DNA from: Raillietiella orientalis
Lineage: Eukaryota
Direction of reading: 5' to 3'
Assembly (NCBI GenBank): GCA_036172245.1
Contig: JAYWIR010000009.1
Coordinates: 4,960,001 to 5,024,000, forward strand
Length of the DNA: 64,000 nucleotides
Of this stretch, positions 60,241-64,000 are shown piece after piece (positions within the stretch are counted from its first letter, which is position 1; each line of letters opens with the position of its first letter). The notes beneath the pieces were generated by a model that saw only the letters and a program-made list of their open reading frames with translations, was not told where the DNA came from and searched no databases. A program made the position numbers and the translations under genes.

Positions 60241-62880
60241 TTTTCACCCAGGTCTCGCCGAAGCGTTTATTTAAAAATAAACTTTAAGAAAGACGTGCTG
60301 TGGCTGGACCAGTGCTCCAGCCACGCACGAAGAACCACGGAGCCTGCCAGGTCACCGGTTCGCAGACCGGTACGGTCCACCACGGCAGCAGGGGGAAGGG
60401 GGAAAAACAAAAAAAACAAAACAAAAAGAAAAGAAAAAGTGGGAGGGTACGGGAAGGGATCACTGTAGCTGGTGGGGCCGTTGCATCCTTTGCAGGATGC
60501 CGGCAAGCTCCTGCTGTATGCTTGGATCCAAGTGGGGCCATCGCGATGCCCTCCTCAGGAACTGGGAGGCTGGCTGGATGGCACCCTGGTCCTGTGGTCC
60601 TCCCGTAGCCTTGCTCCAGGCGGCGACGATCCTGCGTAGGCAGCACAGGGCTGCTAACGAGGCCGCTGGCCGAAGGGCGTCGGCAACGAAGAGGGCTTTC
60701 AATGCGTCCCTGGGGTTGCCTCAGGGAATACCGATGGCCGCGGCATAGCGGAACCAAAGGGGCCGAAGGGCAACACAATCCACTAGGAGGTGGGGGAGGG
60801 ACTCCCGTTTCCCACACCTAACACAGTTGGGATCGACCGCTCCCCAGGTACAGTGGTGTCGGCAGGAGTTGCAGGGGAGTCCCCAATGCTGCAACAGGAG
60901 AGCTGACTCCTGCCATTTTAAGGGGAGGGTGGAAGTGTTCATAAGCACCGGGGGCCACTTCAAACGTTCAATGAGAACGTCGAGCAGCGCGCTTCAGCGC
61001 AGAAGTCCATTGGGAGGCGTACTCGGGGTCGCAGCGTCTGTCAACTGGCCCGTCTTCCACTCTCCCTGCTTCTTCTCCTTTCCGGAGATTGTCACTGTAA
61101 CCTCCCACTTCGCCGCAACATCGCTGTCCAGATCTTCCATCAGGGAGGGCAGCGCAGCAGCGAGGGGGGTTTTTCCTGCCCACGCTCTCTTCTTTGGATC
61201 CTCCAGGATCTCACGAAGCGTGCAACTTCTGTAACCCCATAAACAGGAACCGTCGTTCCCGTTGGGAGCGCTGCATGCCGAACTGTCCCCACATGCGAAC
61301 GGTTTCCTGCAACCAGGCACTACCGTTCGCGGGGCGACAGGTGATCAATCCATGGTTTCTCCGTGTCAGCGCAGCCACCCTCCGTAGCTGAAGACCGCAT
61401 CGGTTGACGCGGCGACGGAGTGCAAGAAACGACGTCAGTCCCGTCTTGCCAATGGCTTGCTGGAGAAGGAGACGTGCAGGGACGCACCAACAGGTGTACC
61501 ACAACTCTGGAACAAGTGCCGACATTCGGAACTGGAGCTGAAGCTCCAGCCGCTCCAGCGTCAGGAGGCCCAGACAACCGTCCCGACGAGGAGCGTACAA
61601 GTCCTTCAAGCGGACTCGGGACCTCTCGTTGCCTCAAAGGGCGATACGGAGGAGGTCCTTTGTCCGCTTTTTTATCCTCTCTGTGGAGGGGCAAACAAAA
61701 AGCAGGGGGCTGAGGAGAGGAGCCGCGAACGTGTTCCAAACCGCGGCCCGTTCAGGCAGGAAAAACCTGCCGCCTCGGAACGGGCCGATCGCCGTCTCTA
61801 CTTTCTGGAGGCAGCCGGACCACGCTTCCGCAGGGGAGTAGTCTCCCAACGGCACACCAAGGTACTTGAAGTACCTCACCGTGGGGATCCCCAAACGGAC
61901 CCCGTCCTGCTGCCCTGCCCACGCCGCACCAACTGGCATCACGGACGACTTCGCCCTGTTCACCGTAAGTCCGGTTCCCCGATTCAGCAGGTCGAAGAAC
62001 TCCTCGACCGCCGAAGCCGGGGTGGACATAGGGAGCAGCAGCAGAAGATCGTCCGCGTACGCTGAAACGGCCGGCGTACCGGCACAGTCGTGCGGCGGGT
62101 GCGCCAGAGTTTCCCTGTACGCTTTCAGTACCAACTCAAAGTAGGTACTGAAGAGTAAGGGGCTCAGACTGTCTCCCTGCCGTATCCCACGCCGCACTGG
62201 CACGCCGTGGACGGTCTGCCCGCTGAAAGTAAGACTAATTAACGCGTCGCGCCAGCAGGAGCGCAGATAGGCCAATAATGAGGCCGAGAAGCCCAAGCGT
62301 TCCAAAAGCTCCAGCAGGGGATTCTGGTCGGCGAAGCCCCGGAGGTGCTGGCGAAGATGCTCCGCCGCCTCCGTATGACTGAGCCAATCCGCCGGCATCC
62401 TCCAAACATTGTTCGGAGGTCCCTTGCCCGGCAGGAGTAGCTCAAACTCCAGCATATCATGGTCCGATAACGTGGACGGCACCCTGCCTCTCCTTCCCAC
62501 TCGTGAGAGTAGGTGTTCATCGAGGTAGACGTGATCCACGCTTCTTTCGAGTCCAGGCTCGGCGGCTTCCAAGTTACGCGCGTGCACCGACGCGCATGCC
62601 TCTTCCACTCGCGACCGTTCCGCCAGGGACCTCGTCTCGTTGGAAAGCAGGTGGACGTTGAAGTCCCTTGCGACGAGATGTGCCACTCTGTCTCCGGAGT
62701 TCCTGAGCCATTGGCTCTCCAGCACTTCGAAGAACTCGATTCTTTCGGCCCGCCGATGAAAGCCTCTCGGCGCGTAGACATTCGTCACGACGAGGTTGAT
62801 TGAATCTGACCACTTGAGTACAAGTTGGCCCATTCGCCCTTCCTGGTGGAATCGAACGCTGCGCACCGCTCCCGCCATCC
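60241..62880 (-). mobile_element. Family B element, 5'-truncated with in-frame APE-RT deletion
   Basis: NVYAP, RDFN, VDHVYL, SDH, jump to DQNPLLELLERLG, IRQGDSLSPLLF, AYADDL, KYLG and CVRCGKRESLPHLLVDC. Hairpin loop 60360-60365; AATAAA tail. Confidence 0.9.
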
Positions 62881-62899
62881 TACTACCCTTGGATGTATC

Positions 62900-64000
62900 T
62901 ATGCACCTTTGTAGAGAGGACATTCTTATGACCCCACTTGAACAGTTTTCCAGCTGGGTCCACTACATCTCCAAGGGGATGTGTCTTGCTCTGTGCAGTA
63001 GTCGATATTGCACTGTTACTATAAACCTTATTCATCTCATAGATACCTGATTCAACATTTAGTTAATCCTTTTGCGTGCTCCAGGTGCGCTCGTAAAAGA
63101 AGTGGTTAGTTATTAATGGTTCTTGCTCCGTGAAGTTTAATTCACACTTGCAAATCTGGAAGCGGTCGCTAAGCATTGGAATATTGAACGAGACGGCTGT
63201 CGGTCTAAAAGTCTGCTCCGGAATGCGTCCATATTGCAGTAGTTCGCGTCTAGTGATGCGCTGTCACATAGTATGAAAACACGGTGATATCTTTCCTCGG
63301 AGTTTCGGATCTGCAACTCACGGCTCCGAGAAGATCGCATCTGTCAGGTCTGGTAGTGCTTGTGCCGTCGTGCAAATGTGAAGACCTCCATCTTGCATTA
63401 GTCGTTCATCTCCATCCACGGAGAAGGTGTGCAGCCAAGGTGGACCATTCCTATATTATAACGCTTTGACAGATGGATGTTGTTGGGTGGAGTAAGGCAA
63501 TATCGACTGTGAGCAGCTTAGGGAAGAGGCCTTTCGGTCTGCACGAGCACCTACTTCGGCGCCTGGCAAGCGTGATTTTTCCTCCTTTCCGCAGCTGGTG
63601 CGTCCACATCGTTCCTTCAAGGGTTTTCAGCTGTTGTGCTGATTGAGACGACTTCTACGACGTTTTTCACCTTTTACTGCTCTTCCCACAAAGTTTATCT
63701 GTTTACAAGGTATTTTTTCTTTGGGTGGTGGTGGTGACGATTATTCGCCGTCCCTCGGAAGACATTTTCTAGAATCCTACCCAGGGTTCAAGGTTCCCTA
63801 GTAGTCCCTACTAGGACCCAGAGTTCCAGGAAATGTGTTGTGATGACTAATCCGCAGGAGGAAAAATGCTTGAATACATTCGATCTGTTAAATCATGAGA
63901 AGGTGGCGAAGAACTTGATACATCATTTGAACAAGAAGTGATCTATTTATTATAAATGTAAAGATCGAGATGTGTATTTTTATGTGAGGGCGTGTATGCA
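62900..64000 (-). mobile_element. Possible decayed BEL/Pao LTR-retrotransposon pol remnant
   Basis: Colinear YRNGPPWL, SIFQCLATA, EPLITNHF and GVIR..DTSKG resemble BEL/Pao W.GP.WL, LFTCL.TRA, PLTP.HF and DG.VR..T..G motifs. Confidence 0.35.

Overview
Eukaryotic genomic DNA, probably arthropod (inferred from a degenerate TTAGG array, very short spliceosomal introns and CpG-poor housekeeping gene bodies). Host genes: an intronless AASDHPPT-type 4'-phosphopantetheinyl transferase (-), eIF2B delta subunit (+), prolyl oligopeptidase with 13 short introns, one of them GC-AG (+), and a GC-rich PH-domain gene (-). Most of the rest is non-LTR retrotransposon DNA of the L1/Tx1 type. 'Family A' has two near full-length copies, one nested in the 5' UTR of the other, each with its own ~16-bp target-site duplication. 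'Family B' has about ten deleted or truncated copies that share a covarying 3'-UTR hairpin (CUGCGN loop) and a terminal AATAAA + hairpin; one copy shows a TAATG ORF1/ORF2 overlap. Several older decayed LINE remnants are also visible. Unexplained structures: a twice-occurring unit (end of a small orphan ORF, A-tract, TTAGG-like array) joined to the same LINE position, a 58-nt near-perfect palindrome, and a ~41-bp inverted repeat carrying YY1/RFX-like motifs. All calls were made by eye from the sequence and the ORF track; no searches were run.
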